Shown: positions 12,128-25,320 of the stretch, piece by piece
Numbering within the stretch: the first letter of the stretch is position 1
How the letters are laid out: each line of letters begins with the position of its first letter
Assembly (NCBI GenBank): GCA_013239625.1
Contig: MU054323.1
Coordinates: forward strand, 15,504,029 to 15,568,028
Length of the DNA: 64,000 nt
Direction of reading: 5' to 3'
Origin: Lama guanicoe
Taxonomy: Eukaryota
Program-made: the position numbers and the translations under genes
The notes under the pieces: generated by a model
Databases searched by the model: none
What the model was told of the DNA's origin: nothing
What the model saw: the letters and a program-made list of their open reading frames with translations, nothing else

Positions 12128-14334
12128 GATTGTACCATTTTAAACTGTCTCACTGTATAGTCTTAATCTTAAATGAACAAAATGATTTCACATTGTTTAA
12201 TACATGAGGGTTAGAATTAGAGATGGTGAGCAACCCAGTGAACTGCAGTGAAGGCCCTGTTGAAGTATTTTCTGTGCTGTGTCTATCAGATTGCTGAAGA
12301 TAAAGTATCTGCTGCAATATTGTTGTAAATAACAGGACAGACTGACGGAATGAAAGTGTCTACTGAAGGGCCTCCCTTGCCCATTGATGGCTCTCCCGTC
12401 ACAGGTGGCTGTCGAGGTGGCCCACATGTCAGCCGCTCCATTCAAGACCCCAGAGTGCTCACCATCCATCATCATGCACATTGGGACATCTGTTATTGGG
12501 GGCTTGACAGCACCAGATCTTGATCCAGGGGTCATATCAGCAGTTTGATCTTAATTTGATACGAAACAAGCAACAATGAACATTTAGTACTTTCCTGAAA
12601 TTTGTCAGAAACAGGAGAAGATGGTGATGCGTTGCATCTTACACATTTTAAAATTTGAATTGAATTGTTAGCAGTTAGACCAGATTTTCACTTTTCATGT
12701 ATATCTTCAGGAAACCTATTTATACATCAAGTGAATTTTACTTTCACATCTGAGACATTAGCTGGATGTATTACATTTTTTTGAGACAGAGTCCAATTTA
12801 GGTATTTAGACCATTGGACACTGCAGAATTTAATACTTACCCCCAGAGGAAAATAAGATTCATTTCAAGGCTCCAGCACTTATTTTGCAGAATCGTGAAA
12901 CAAGACTAAAAATCCCCAAGAACATTCTAATGCCAGCAGGTGCTTGGTCCTTGGGGACCTGAGAGTTATACAGCACTCTGGGTTTGATACTCGCCTTGGC
13001 TGCTGAACACACTGAGAGTCGAGTGGGTTAAGCCACCTCCCCGATCAGGCAGGACCTCCTGGCGTGCGCTCTGGGTGTTCACCTCATCCCTGAGCATATT
13101 CTTTCTCCTTAAAATTTACCTTGATCTTCATTTCCTCACTTTAAAAATGTATACGTATGTGACGGAACTTGAGACCGCCTTGGATCTGCTTTGGAATCCA
13201 GCGAGGTGTGTTCAACGCTTGTTTACGTATTCAGTACCTGCCCTTTCTCTATGCCTGTGTCTTGTGCTGTGGTCCTGCCACCCTTAGTTTGGGCTGTAGG
13301 AAGACTTGAGATAGTATTCTTTTCACCTTAATTGGAAAGCTATTGCTCTGCAAATCAGCTCCCTTTTTAAAGCAATTCAGGGAGTCTCTATTTTGTTCGT
13401 GAAGCTAAAAAAATGTTCTGAGATAATAAGCTGTCAGTCCAGGCTGGCCTCAGGCCTTGCATAACTGAGAGAGCAGAAAGCTTGCAAGAACTTTGCAAGA
13501 TGGTGACTCTCTCGTGCTTTCTGGGAACCAAATTTTTAAAGGATTCCACAGAGATTTGGGGCCAGATGAAGTCAATAGGGGTGCTCCACAGTCCTGTGAC
13601 AGAGACTCTTGAGAACATTGTTACTTAAGTGAAATGGGCCCCCCACCCCCCCAGCCAATATTATTGTTAAGAAAGTGCTGGTTGAACTCTCATTATTGAC
13701 ATGGGTTTCGATCACTGACTTCCTGAAACTAAGATTTGCTGATCAGAGGCATCTTTTAGAGATGGTCTTCTGCATCTAACTTGAGAGTGGCAGAACTACA
13801 GGCAAAGATACCAAAGCAGTGTAAATTCTACTGTGATGAGTCTGCCCTCTTCTGAAGATACAGGGCAGCCCCATCATGAGAGAGGAAGCACGGGGTCAGC
13901 CAGGCACACAGAGTCATTGTTTCAACTCACCCTGGATAAGCTGATTGCAAAGAGATTTCTCTTCTCTTCGAGACACCATGGACACAGTCAGTACTCGAAA
14001 CAATGGTCATCAGACTGCTACTCAGCAAATGTGAAAGGCGCCACTGGCTGGTCACTAACACGTTCCAAAGCTTACCAGACCATGCGAAAGGGCATCATGG
14101 ACCCACCCACATCCCAAATGCTTTTCATGTTATCAGTGGAGATAGAAAATGATGCTTAAGTTACAATGGACAGGGTTCAGAATGCCAAACCAGCTGTCAG
14201 ACCATTTATCGACTAAATATTTGAGGCCTGCAAAAGGGCTCATAATTCATTTACTGAGCCATCATCTGAGACCAGTTCTAGCACTGAGCAGGCAGGGTAG
14301 TCATTTCAACAATAATTACAGCAACAAGTGATAT

Positions 14335-14530
14335 TTATGTGTCCCTCAGAGTTTATGGGCTAGTCCGCTCTTGATGGTCTTATTTGAATCTTACTATGGT
14401 CTTGTGAGATAAAAATAATGGGAATTTCTACTTTTTATAGAAGCCCAGAGAGGTACAGCATCACATGTAAAATAATGGAAGAACAGGGACTCAAGCTAAG
14501 TCTTCGGGTCCCAAGTCCGTGTCCTTGGCA
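14335..14530 (-). mobile_element. MIR SINE relic
   Basis: tcttatttgaatcttac...agcccagagagg...gggactcaagctaagtcttc. Confidence 0.5.
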
Positions 14531-15631
14531 TTGCTTCCTTTAGACCTCCTTGTGAGGAGGGAGGAGGAGCCGTCGTGACTATGAAAGTGCTTGATCATCG
14601 TGGCTCAGGTTCAAAGGCTTTCTTGCTCCTGGCTCCTCTGTCCTCATCTCTGAGCCCCACTTACTGTCATTCTGTCCTTTTGTGGCCTGACCTTTGATCT
14701 GGATTCTTCTCCTGAACCTTTGCCTGGAATTTTGACCTTGCAATTTGACCTCCTAGAGAGCCTGCATTCCCCTTGTCCATTCCTGCTTCTCCCACCTGGG
14801 GAAACAGCTCACCTGAGAGCGCGGAGCTGTTTTCCCGGATGTCTCTGTCCTCACACTTGCCTAGTGCCCAGCCTCATTCACACCCAGCCAGACTCCAGGC
14901 TCTGACCAGTGGCCCTCAAGTCTCTGCTGAGAAAAATAAATGGGCTACTCCGCCCCCTTCAGTGTGCGGGCACCCAGATGGCATCATCATCATCACCTGC
15001 GCATTCTGATCTGGACGCTTCCCTCGTCTCCCTCTGACTCTTGCCTGTTTGGCTTAATCACAAGGCTGATCTGCTGAGCACTCGGCACAAGTAGCCATCC
15101 TTCATCCAGGACGGGACGAATTGCTGAGTTGAGTGAGTGCCCAGCTATTTTCAGGACTATTTTAGTAACACGTTATTCATTTGGCACCATCAGGGAATGA
15201 AGTTGTCACAGAAGTAAATTCCCCAGACAATTGAAATTTGGGGTGTCAGATTTTATGTTAAGAATTTTGAAGGGGGACTTTCCACAGTGTTCTGTGTACT
15301 TTTGTGCCTTGTTAGGCCAAAGGTACAAGACATAATTTAACCCATTTCATTTTGGACTGTTTGGGTTGGGAATTTACATTTAGTTTTCACTGTTAGTGTG
15401 TCAGATTCACACCAGCCTTCTGATCTAGCTCGCTACTTCAGTGGAGTTCATTTATTGAGTACTTACTGTGTGCAAGGGACACCTACCATGATGAGGATCC
15501 TAAGGAACATACAGTCTGTTCCTCAAAGTTAGGAGATTAGAGATTCAGCCTGTTAGGGACAGTATTGAGTGGGGCTCTTCTTTCTCAAAAGGTGTGTCCT
15601 GACTTTTGGTTCTCAGAAATCTTGTCCTCTT

Positions 15632-15740
15632 TGTTCATTCATTAAGCACTACAGTGGGCCAAGCCCTGTGCTAGGTACTATGATTGTAAACAACAAATAA
15701 ACCATTGCCCCTAATGTGAAGACCCTTTCTCCCTGGTTCT
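15632..15740 (-). mobile_element. L2 3' fragment
   Basis: ttcattcattaagcactac...gccaagccctgtgctaggtact. Confidence 0.55.
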
Positions 15741-18700
15741 CAGCCATTTCCCAGGGGGATTGAGATGTCAGAATTAAAATGTGCATACACACATATACAT
15801 ACGTACCTAAAAATATGGCACATTTTTTCCAGGTTACCAAGATATATTCCCCATGAAAGTGAACAATAAAAAATAATGCAAGGATAAAATAGAAGTATGA
15901 AAGGTCCAGATTGTTCTTGGAACCCAATCATTTTGTGAGCTCTCTCACACCGAATTCCTGGAAAAAGATATCCCATTCTCTGTTAAAAATTTTTTTTTAT
16001 CTTTTTTTGTGGTCTTTTAATAATCACATAATCATACTACTGTCTTTTCCTATTAAATACGAGATTGGTAAAGGAAGGAAAATATGACCAACAGCCAAAA
16101 TTCCTTAGAAAAAAGCATACAAGGTTAATAAATAGGCCTAAAGTAAATATATGGTTGCTTCTCTATCTGCCCATAAAATAAAACTAGTCTTAGGAACATT
16201 TTCACACCATTCATTTTAAAATAAAGAAACTGCTCTGAGATAAGTACTTTAGAAATTACAAAGATGTAGGTGTTGTTATGAGAAATATATACAAAGGAAA
16301 AAAAGGATAACTAAATGTGTGGTGGCTGAAAGAATTTGAAAACTGCAACTGTTTAAGAGACTTTTTTCCATGACTTAAATGAGACTTTCTTAAATACACA
16401 TTCATGCCCCATGGAAATTCCCACTTCCAGATTAGGGAATTTTTGTATCCTGGATTTTTTTTTTTTCTTATTGTCTACAGTAATAGAATTTTCCCTCTAG
16501 CTTCATTTGGGAAAATTTCATCTTTACTGTACTTCTCTTCCCAGGCTGCCAGTTATGTTAACAATTTACTGATTTATTTGAATGGTTTTCTGACTAGTTA
16601 TGGTCACAGCTGAAAAGTAACCATGGTAACAGAATGACATATGAAGACACTATAAAACAGATAAGCTATCTCCTTTGGTTATGTCTTGGCCAACTTGATC
16701 TCCAGTTTTATTGCCCTGGACAGGCTACCAGTAATGAGTGGGCTATAGGAGGCCTGATATATTTAGCCATATAAACCAAGTGAAGCTTTGGAATTTTCCC
16801 ACTCATTAGATATTCACGTGCCTTAACCAAGTCCAACCCCCCCCCCAAAAAAATCTTAAGAGAGTGCCTGAATTAGGCCTGAAAAGACAACATAATTGTT
16901 CATCTTTATCTCTCACTATCAAATAAGCAGGTTTGTGAATTTACACAGAAGAGCTATGTGAAATATGCAAACCATTAGTAAATCCCAAAAGGAGAGGTAG
17001 TAAGAGGCAGATAGGAATTAGCTTCATTTATCTTATTACTTCTACTTTAAATTTTTTAACTTACAAAAGAAATATAAGACTATAACTGCCTTAAAAACTA
17101 CTTTTTCTAGAAATTTGCCTATAGGCTAGGTTTTTCCAGAAAAACATTTTTGGTATGTGTCTGGGTGGGCACACGTGCACTTGTATAGATTCGTAGGACT
17201 CAAGGGCACTGGTAGACAGCTGCCCCCAACAGCCAGGCCCCCCCAGCCTGCCACTCACCCAGAGCTCAGCCCAGGGAACCCGCCGCACTCCTAGAGACCA
17301 CTGAGCTCTGGAACCAGAGCTAATTATTACCCTCCCGACAGAGTCAGTGCTGCAGACAGACCTAAGAGCAGTGGCTCGGTGTGCCTTCCACAAGTGTGCT
17401 TTCCCAGAGTCGCCCGTCCATGCTCCAGAGCAACTAATTGGCTGTCAGCCTCCCCAGGGTTGCTGATCAGAAAGAGTGCTTCATACATTTCTCAATGGAG
17501 ATAATTAGTATGCTTTGCAAGATAAACAGCTCATAGTAATCAAGGTAATGAGAAGAACCTTGTATGCATTAATTCAAAACCAGTTCAGTGGAGTAATACA
17601 GTTTAGACACCAAGTTAAAAGCATTTATTAACATTTTCATGTAAGTTATTTCTATCTGAAATATAAAAACCAGTGATTATAGACATTGTTTCAGAAGCAA
17701 ATTAACATTATTATTACACATTTTTAAATAACTGATAGTTAGAATACGTTTTTTGTTCTGTTATTGTCCCAAACATGTTAAACTATCCAATGTGATGACA
17801 GAATATTAAAACTTTAAACCAACACCTTAAAAGGTTGGATTTGGGTTTCAACTTCTTACTTCCCTTTCCTCTTTTTGGAAAATTCTCCATAAGATAAAAT
17901 AAAAAGGAAGAAAGTAGAGAGCTTAGATTTGCTTAACACATTTATACCTCCTGAATAATGAAAGGTGTTACTTTACGGTCTAGTGCTGAGGCCTTGGTGT
18001 TAAAGTAATGATTTTTATTTCAATTTTATACTCTTGACCAAATTAATTGTGATCACAGTGCCGTAATACCCTACTGAGGAGATAAAACTGCTCCTAAGAA
18101 GTACTTGAACATTCGTGTGAAATACTGATGATGTTCTGATTTAGAAGCTTAGTATATGAGGCTCTTTAAATCTTAAAAAATATGAATGTTTTCCTGGAAA
18201 TATGTTTACTGTTAAGGGATTTGTTGGGCTTCCTAGGATATGAAAGAGATAGCCATCCCTTAATTTGAAATGAGTGTAAAATAAAGAACCAATAAGTGTT
18301 TGTGTTACTGCATGTTATAATAGTTTCCTTCCAGAATTTTGTTCTCTGAGATTTGGAATAAGAATTGGTGACTGTATTTCTGCACTCCTGACACAGTCCC
18401 AAGGGTTCTTGTAAAAATCACTCTTCTGGACAGTACAAGGTACTTGGAAAGTCTTTAAAAATCATTCGGAAGAACAGGTTGAGGAGAGGAGAGATTCCCA
18501 CTCAGATGCAGGCTAGGAATCAGCAAACTGAATCTACACATAACAAACACCCATTTTTGTTCTTTATTGCTTCTAGGCTCAGAAAATATTTCTAGAATTC
18601 TTCTCCACAAAGAAGCGGTTCCAGGGTTCCCTTTAGAAATAGTTGTAGCCAAAGACAATGAATTCCTGCTGTTTCAAGCCTTCTTCCTTTGGAGGACATT

Positions 18701-20315
18701 AAGGTATTTCTTTAATTCCTCAGCTGATTCAATATGAGATGAGATGGAATTTCAGGGTGATCCTGTAAGCAGCACTTCTTTGAGTCTCCCCTTGCCAAAT
18801 CCATCTTTGTGCAAGCATTTTCTCATTATCCTAAATAAGGAGATCGAAGACCAGACCATTTTCTGTCCTCTGAAAGTGGACCCCTAACACATCTCTGCCC
18901 AACCAGTTTAAAGGGAGACAGTTTTCTTTGCTTCAGGTAACAGGCAGATGTATCAGTGTCTCCATTGTCTGTTCAACTGATGTTAGCCAAATTCTCCAAG
19001 GACATGGCACCACCATCATCCTTCTAGAAAAGCATGTACTCTCTGGGATACCATGTCAGTATTGTACCCCAGGTAATCTATGAGCACAGAAAGGTAGGAT
19101 TTAAATGGGAGTCATCTGGTCTTTGGGCCAAGCCCCATCAGGATATTTTCCGTAGTCAGAGCACTGTTGCATAGAGAAAGCATGGGATAAAAACAGTTCC
19201 CAATACACAAACTTCAGGATGCTCTAACAAGCAAAATGCACGTTTCACGTATTTCACTGACACTTCTTCAAACTCCTTTATTTGGATTAGAAACAATCAT
19301 ACTGTGATACCATGGTTCTAGACTCTTTAAACTTACCTCTTTCCCCACTAAGAACTTCCTTGGATAGAAACCATGCAAAAAAGTCTAACCAGCTCTTAGT
19401 TACTCCTTAAGGACTGTAAATGTAATTTTGATTCGAAATGCTCTAACTCAAGATGGTATCAAGTGTGGTCTCACTTTGGAATTATTTGGAATAAGAAATT
19501 GAATTTCAGTACTCTCACAGCACTCCATTCGCAAAATACTGCCCTGATGGCAGTAATAGGACCAGTGCTGAGATTACATATTAATATACTGGACTGAAAG
19601 CAGACGCCCAGATCCGTTTATGATAGTGTCAGGGTTTTTGCTAGACGATTTATAGTTGCATATTTCTGTTGTAATATTGTTCTTACAGAATTCTAAAATA
19701 GAGTTGGCCTCACGTGGTAGGAAACCAAACACTAAAATGTTGAGAGAATGATGAAAGGAAATAGAACATGATGAATGACTTTAGGTGAAATGTTAGGAGG
19801 CAGCTAGTTGCCTGCATATATGTCTTTACAAATCGGCTATTACTCCAGTGACATAGGACAACAGCAGTAAGCACCCCAGAACAGGTGCCACCATCCTCAG
19901 AAGGCTGTAAAAATGTGTTCCAGTTTGTATTTGAAAAGGAAAATAGTACCTACTTGCTTAGCATAATGAAATAAGAGGACTAGTGTTAAAATGCTTTTTT
20001 AAAAAAAAATTTAGACTTTTGTCTATACTTAATATATCACAGTGAGTGTGACGTTCAGCCTAATCTATTGAGGGGCAGTTGAATAGTTTTCGAGTAAGTT
20101 GGTTTCATTAAATAAATGGTCTTTTTGAGTTTTTCTGTGTCTTAATATTAAATATTGAGGGAGGCAGAATTTGAAAGGTATATACGTCCCAATTTCTTCC
20201 ATCTAATGTACATCATCGCTGAATAGGGAAATATTCATTTCAAAGGCACAAAGTAATGTTTTGCTTCTTGCATTACCCCCATCATCTGAGGCCTGGAAGA
20301 CATCCAGTAGGACTT

Positions 20316-20391
20316 TTTTTGTTTAATTGAAGTATAGTCAGTTACCATGTGCCAATTTCTGATGTACAGCACAATGTCCCAGTCATGCATA
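20316..20391 (-). mobile_element. Very short L1 3'-end insertion (~76 bp)
   Basis: Same 3' terminus as the L1 at 10922 (aattgaagtatagtcagttac...gtacagcacaat). TSD AGTAGGACTT at 20306-20315 and 20392-20401. Confidence 0.85.
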
Positions 20392-21689
20392 AGTAGGACT
20401 TGTTTTACCTAAAATATTTACAATGTAGCATCGTGGAACCAGCACCTTCTTAAACAGCCTTCCTATGCTTTTTTTTTCTTTCATTTGTTAAACTGAGCTA
20501 AAGCTGTTATCCTGAATGTTACAGGAAAACATACTGAACGTATTTCCTCTGTTGGAGAAATGTGTGTTTGATTCACGTCTGGGACTGCACACCCAGCTGA
20601 CGAAGCCATTTGGCTAAAGTGTGGGGCTGTCCAAGTCAGTGTCATGGTTCTGATTCTCAAACAACCAATTATTATTTTTTCTTTCACTTTGTAGCCTCAG
20701 ATCACAATCTTAATCCCACCCATTAATCATCATAAGTACCAAAAATAGCATGTACATCACTACTGATTCTCTTAACAAATCCCTAAAATTCACTGCAAGT
20801 GAAATCCCACGCTGCCCTCTGATTATTATGCAATTTCAGTGTCAGTGTAATCTGCCCAGATATGTATTTTTTCCATCATATACTTTCTGAAGGCAAAAGT
20901 TCCTCATAAACTTAGGTGTCAATAAGGAATACAAGGTTTTGATTTGTGTAGATGCGTCCAAGACATTTCTTTATCCATAAGCCACTAACTAAAGCACTGG
21001 ACATAGAGTTTAGACTCCAACCCTGATCCTTCCTCTAATAACTCTCTAGAACAGAGACCTAAGTCCTTCGATGGGATAATCTGTGGTGTGGTTACACACA
21101 GTGCTGGTCCTCTGCTCTCTCTCTCTCTCTCATATTCGTGGTTAGAATAAATTTGCTAAAACCTTAGCAGTCCTGTGGCTGAAGGCTGAAATAGAATTAT
21201 TGTCTTGGGTGGGTAGTAAGAGCAGTGATAAAGGAAAGACCATAGGTTTGAAAATCGAAGATGTTTAGAGGAGGTAGGAAGGTAGCACTACTGTGTTTCA
21301 TTCACTGTGTCTTAAAACTTGCCTAAAATTAAACTACTTTTTGATGTTTACAGTTATCGCTCAGAAAGGATGCTTCAGTCATCGAAGGAAATTAGAAATT
21401 TTACAGCAGTGGGAATTTTATGTAAAAGTTTCAGGGAGATGTTCTTTCAGTGTTGCTGTAATAAAAACAGGGAGTGTGCTACCCCCCTTCACACGTATTT
21501 TTACTGGGAGAATGCAGATCAAAGCATCTCCTTAATAAGTCAGAGTTACTCACTACCTGTGAAGAGTTGAACCACTGGCCTCTTTTAGCAGATGGATAAA
21601 AACGTAGAACTCTTGGTCTTAGCAGTGGCAGCTAAAACACTTATTTTTGGTGTCTCTTCCATGGTAACGGGAGATGAAACTTGAGAAGA

Positions 21690-21860
21690 CAGTGTGGACT
21701 AATGGATAGAGTGTTGGACAGGAGGTCAGGAACCTCTGTTCTGTTCTATTCCCAGCCTGCTACTGGGTTGCTGTATAAACTTAGATAAGCCACTTACCCT
21801 CTCTGCACCTCATATTTTCCATTTGTGAAAACATAGGTAGAAACATTCTGTACCGAGTGC
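21690..21860 (+). mobile_element. MIR SINE relic
   Basis: gtggactaatggatagagtgttggac...aagccacttaccctctctgcacctcatattttccatttgtgaaa. Confidence 0.7.
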
Positions 21861-22059
21861 CTCACTAAAATACTGTGAGAGCCAGCACACCCGGAAGAAG
21901 TTCATAGTGTCCTTTGGTGGAAAAGAGGCTACTTGAAGGTGTCGGTATCCCTGTTGCCTTTGGCAACGCTCTTCTCCCAGTTTGACATTATGTGAACCGT
22001 CCCTGGTCAGTCGCTGCAGAGCAGTTCCTGTTAACAGTGGGCTTTGTATCGCACAAAAG

Positions 22060-22290
22060 CGGGGTGTGACCCTGGAGCCAGAAGGCTTGAGTTTGAATCT
22101 GACGTCCACCTCTCACTAACTCTGTGACCTTGGGCCAGTCAGGACCCTAGATTGCATCATCTGTAAAATAGGGATAATGATGGCATCCACATCACTGGAC
22201 CGTGATAAAACTTGAAGGCCTTTATGAAGAGCACTTCAGACATTATACAGCCATATGACACACTTCACGTAGGTGTGTAATTACTGTTAT
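22060..22290 (+). mobile_element. MIR SINE relic
   Basis: gagtttgaatctg...tgtgaccttgggccagtca...catctgtaaaatagggataatgat. Confidence 0.75.
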
Positions 22291-23038
22291 TACCCGGAAC
22301 AATTCCTCATTATTAACGTGGCAGGGGAGGTCAGGCTCACCTCTGGCCTTAGTTTCTTTACTCTGCATCTCATCCCAGGGTGACTGCTCTCTGTTCCCCT
22401 CGAACGCTTGTGTCTCAATCTCCCCCTCCCATAGGCCCTGGGCTGTGAGTGTAAAATCCTACAGACGATGCGCTCTGCCATGTCTTCTGCAGTCACTGGA
22501 AGGATGTCACATGAAAGATCAAAGAAATCCAGATGTTTTAAACTAGCCTCAGAAACATCTCCAATTCATTAACTTGAAAAAAAGGCTAACAGATTTCAGA
22601 AGCATTGCAAAATGGAGAGCAAGATCATTGACAATTGGAAGCTCTGTCCTGGTTATTGTAAAAAATAAACTCAGAAAACAGGAAGAAAGAGAACAGTTCA
22701 CAATTTAAATGGCGTTCTTTTTAACGTCTCTTGTCTGCTTTCTGTAGTGATGACCAACAGAAAAGTGTCGTGTGAGGGTTCCCAAAAATGCAGAAATTGC
22801 TCAAACGTGAAGAAATAGAACGTCCAAATTTTCAAAAATCTAAATAACATTTCTTTTTCAGGGATTAAAGGCAGTATGAAAATATGAAAGTTTAGGATTG
22901 ATGAAAATTATCTAATAGTTTTGGTGGGGTTTTTTTTTTTTTTTGGTAACTTGCCATAGTGTGGGATTTCAAAAGCTGAATAGCATCTAAGAGGTAATCA
23001 TATGTTTCATTGATTTTTTTTTCTATCTTTATTATTAG

Positions 23039-23167
23039 AACCAACCTACATCACAATTGATCCACCTGCCTGTGGGGAGTTATCAAACTGCAGCCTGACG
23101 GACAAGGACTGCGTTTATGGTTTCAAACTCGATCACACTGGTTGTCGAACTTGTCAGTGCAAAAGCC
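23039..23167 (+). CDS. CRIM1: CRIM1 exon (approx. exon 8; antistasin-like repeat 1), 129 bp; not in the supplied ORF track
   Basis: Pyrimidine tract ending attattAG|, donor AGCC|GTGAGT. Translates EPTYITIDPPACGELSNCSLTDKDCVYGFKLDHTGCRTCQCKS. Confidence 0.95.
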
Positions 23168-23689
23168 GTGAGTACACGAAAGACTGTTTTTCCTGAGCCT
23201 AATGTGATACTGTCAAAGCATATTTTTGTGATTGAATATCTTTTTCATTCCTGTTCATGACATTGCCTTAGCAACCTGAAGGAAGAAAAGAAAATGTGTA
23301 TTTAACATGAACACACAGTCATTTGGAGAAAAAGAGCTGCTCCTTCATTCTGGTTTTCACCTTCATTTCACTGTGTTCAGACCCTCCCGGATGTCCAGCT
23401 GCATCATGGGTGCAGCCCTGGGAGCTCTGGAGTACATGTTTCCAAACACCCAGGGGGCAATCTCAGTCCCACCCTTGCTGGGGTCACCCAGTGACAAGGC
23501 GGTCACTGACACGGAGGTGTCACATTCTGTGTATGGCAGCTGTAATCTGGAGAGCGTGCTCCACTTTGTTGACCCCAGCTCTCCTCCACGTAGATTGCAA
23601 TCATGTCTCCAGGCCATGTCTCTGAAACTTGATAGAGTATATTGCATTTCTTCCTGGGGAAAAAAAATTGTCTTGTATATTTAAAATGA

Positions 23690-25320
23690 TTTTGAATTTC
23701 TTTAAATCTTCTGCCAGAATAAACATTTTTGGTCCCCTCAGCCATTCCCCAGGTGACATAGTTTCTAGAATTTTCTTTGTCCTTTCTATCTTTTGACACA
23801 CTTGCAACATGTCGTGGTCCTCATGTAAATGTGTGGCCCAGAAACAAACAGAATACTCCAGAATTTGGTCAGCTGTGTGGCCTAAGTGTGCATTCGCTGT
23901 TTGAATTATACACTGTGGGTTAAACTGCATTTATAGGCAGGTAGAAACACTGGTGCTTCTTACATCAGCTGCTTTTAGGTGGTTCTCATCTGTTCTGTAT
24001 TTGAACATTTGAATTTTCTTTAATGACACAAATGCAGGGCCAAATTTAACAAGAAATTATCCCGAGAATTTTCAACCATTTACCAACTAATTGAGAGATT
24101 TTTGCATGTCAGTGTTGCTCTCTCTTACTTTATCTAGGCCTCCCAGCTTATATTAAATAAGTGTAACTTACAGGTCCTCCTCTAAATCATTGCACTCAAA
24201 TAAACTAAATTGTACAGAACCAAGGACAGAGCCTTATAGCCCCAAGACCCTTCTGCAAAATGACTTTGAACCCTAATTCTCACTCTGGAGTTACTCAGCG
24301 AACGACATACAAGCTCCATCTCCACGAGGAGGTCTTGAAACCCTTGGCCTGTATCTTATCTGAAATCAGAATACATTCAATTCCATTTGCAGCAATCCTT
24401 TGCCTGGAAAACCTGTTTTAAACATAAAATGAAGTTAATAGGGCATGGGTTGTTTTGCATGCACCGGTACTGGCTCCCGGTAGTCATTGCTTTCTTTCCT
24501 GAATGCCCCAAATCCCCTATGTAACAGTTCTTTCTGCAGAATTTTCAGTTGTGAACATCGAGCTTAGGTCCTGTAGTTTCAGTATCCTTTGTCCCTTTGG
24601 AATTGACATTTGGCCTCCTTTAGTTTTCTGAAATCTCTTTCCGTTCTCTCTGATGTCTCCCAAACATGGCCAAGGCTTCTCTAATTAGCAGGCTGTCTGT
24701 GGGCCTCTGGGTATCATTGTCCCGGGCTCAGAGCGTCGGGGTTGCTTAACAGAGACAGATGCTGCTTCTGATTCATCAGTTTTCTTGGGTTCTCTACTCC
24801 CCTTCACCTGGATTGTTCAACACTTTCTAATGTAAGAATATTTTTTGATGAAGACGGATACTGTGTACGAGTTGAGTAATTTGATTTTCTCAGCTACATG
24901 TTACTCTCCACTGCCTGATGGAGTTGGTGCTTAACAGAGTTTGTCAAATTTGTTGTGACAATGGTCGTCCTCACTTTCAAATTTCCCGAAGACCTGCACC
25001 CATCGGGTACTTCCTGCCTTCCTGTGCTTGTTTCTCTTGAGCGGAGGGCGGGTCCCATCATGCACCTGTCTACCTTTTATACTTCCCTTTGCAAAGCCAA
25101 GCATGCACTAGTGATAACTAATGACAGGGAGCCGCCTTGGCAGCCATATTTGTTGGCGTCAATGTCCAACTTTGTTTCTTTTAACACCAAGATAACTGGT
25201 GATTGCATCACGAAGAGTTTATACTTGAATCCTTCTCATACCTCTTGAGCTGCGCATCCTTGCTTGTCGTGGGAGCATACCTAATTATTTTTTTCCCTGA
25301 ACTTTTTGAAGTCTAAAAAT
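23690..25320 (-). mobile_element. Ancient CR1/L3 LINE ORF2 (reverse transcriptase) relic; boundaries approximate
   Basis: The minus-strand peptide ILEYSVCFWATHLHEDHDMLQVCQK resembles the CR1 motif LEYCVQFWAP..KDI..LE.VQR. Degenerate GSVLG (~24220-24235), NYRP.S (~24560-24580) and SPGP-like (~24720) motifs occur in the order expected for CR1 RT. Confidence 0.7.

Noticed and set aside
11174..12153. Protein-coding ORFs on both strands
   Set aside because: These are frameshifted L1 ORF2 fragments and their antisense frames.
23307..23684. Cluster of overlapping 94-125 aa ORFs
   Set aside because: No recognisable domain or splice-site support; intronic sequence next to a repeat relic.
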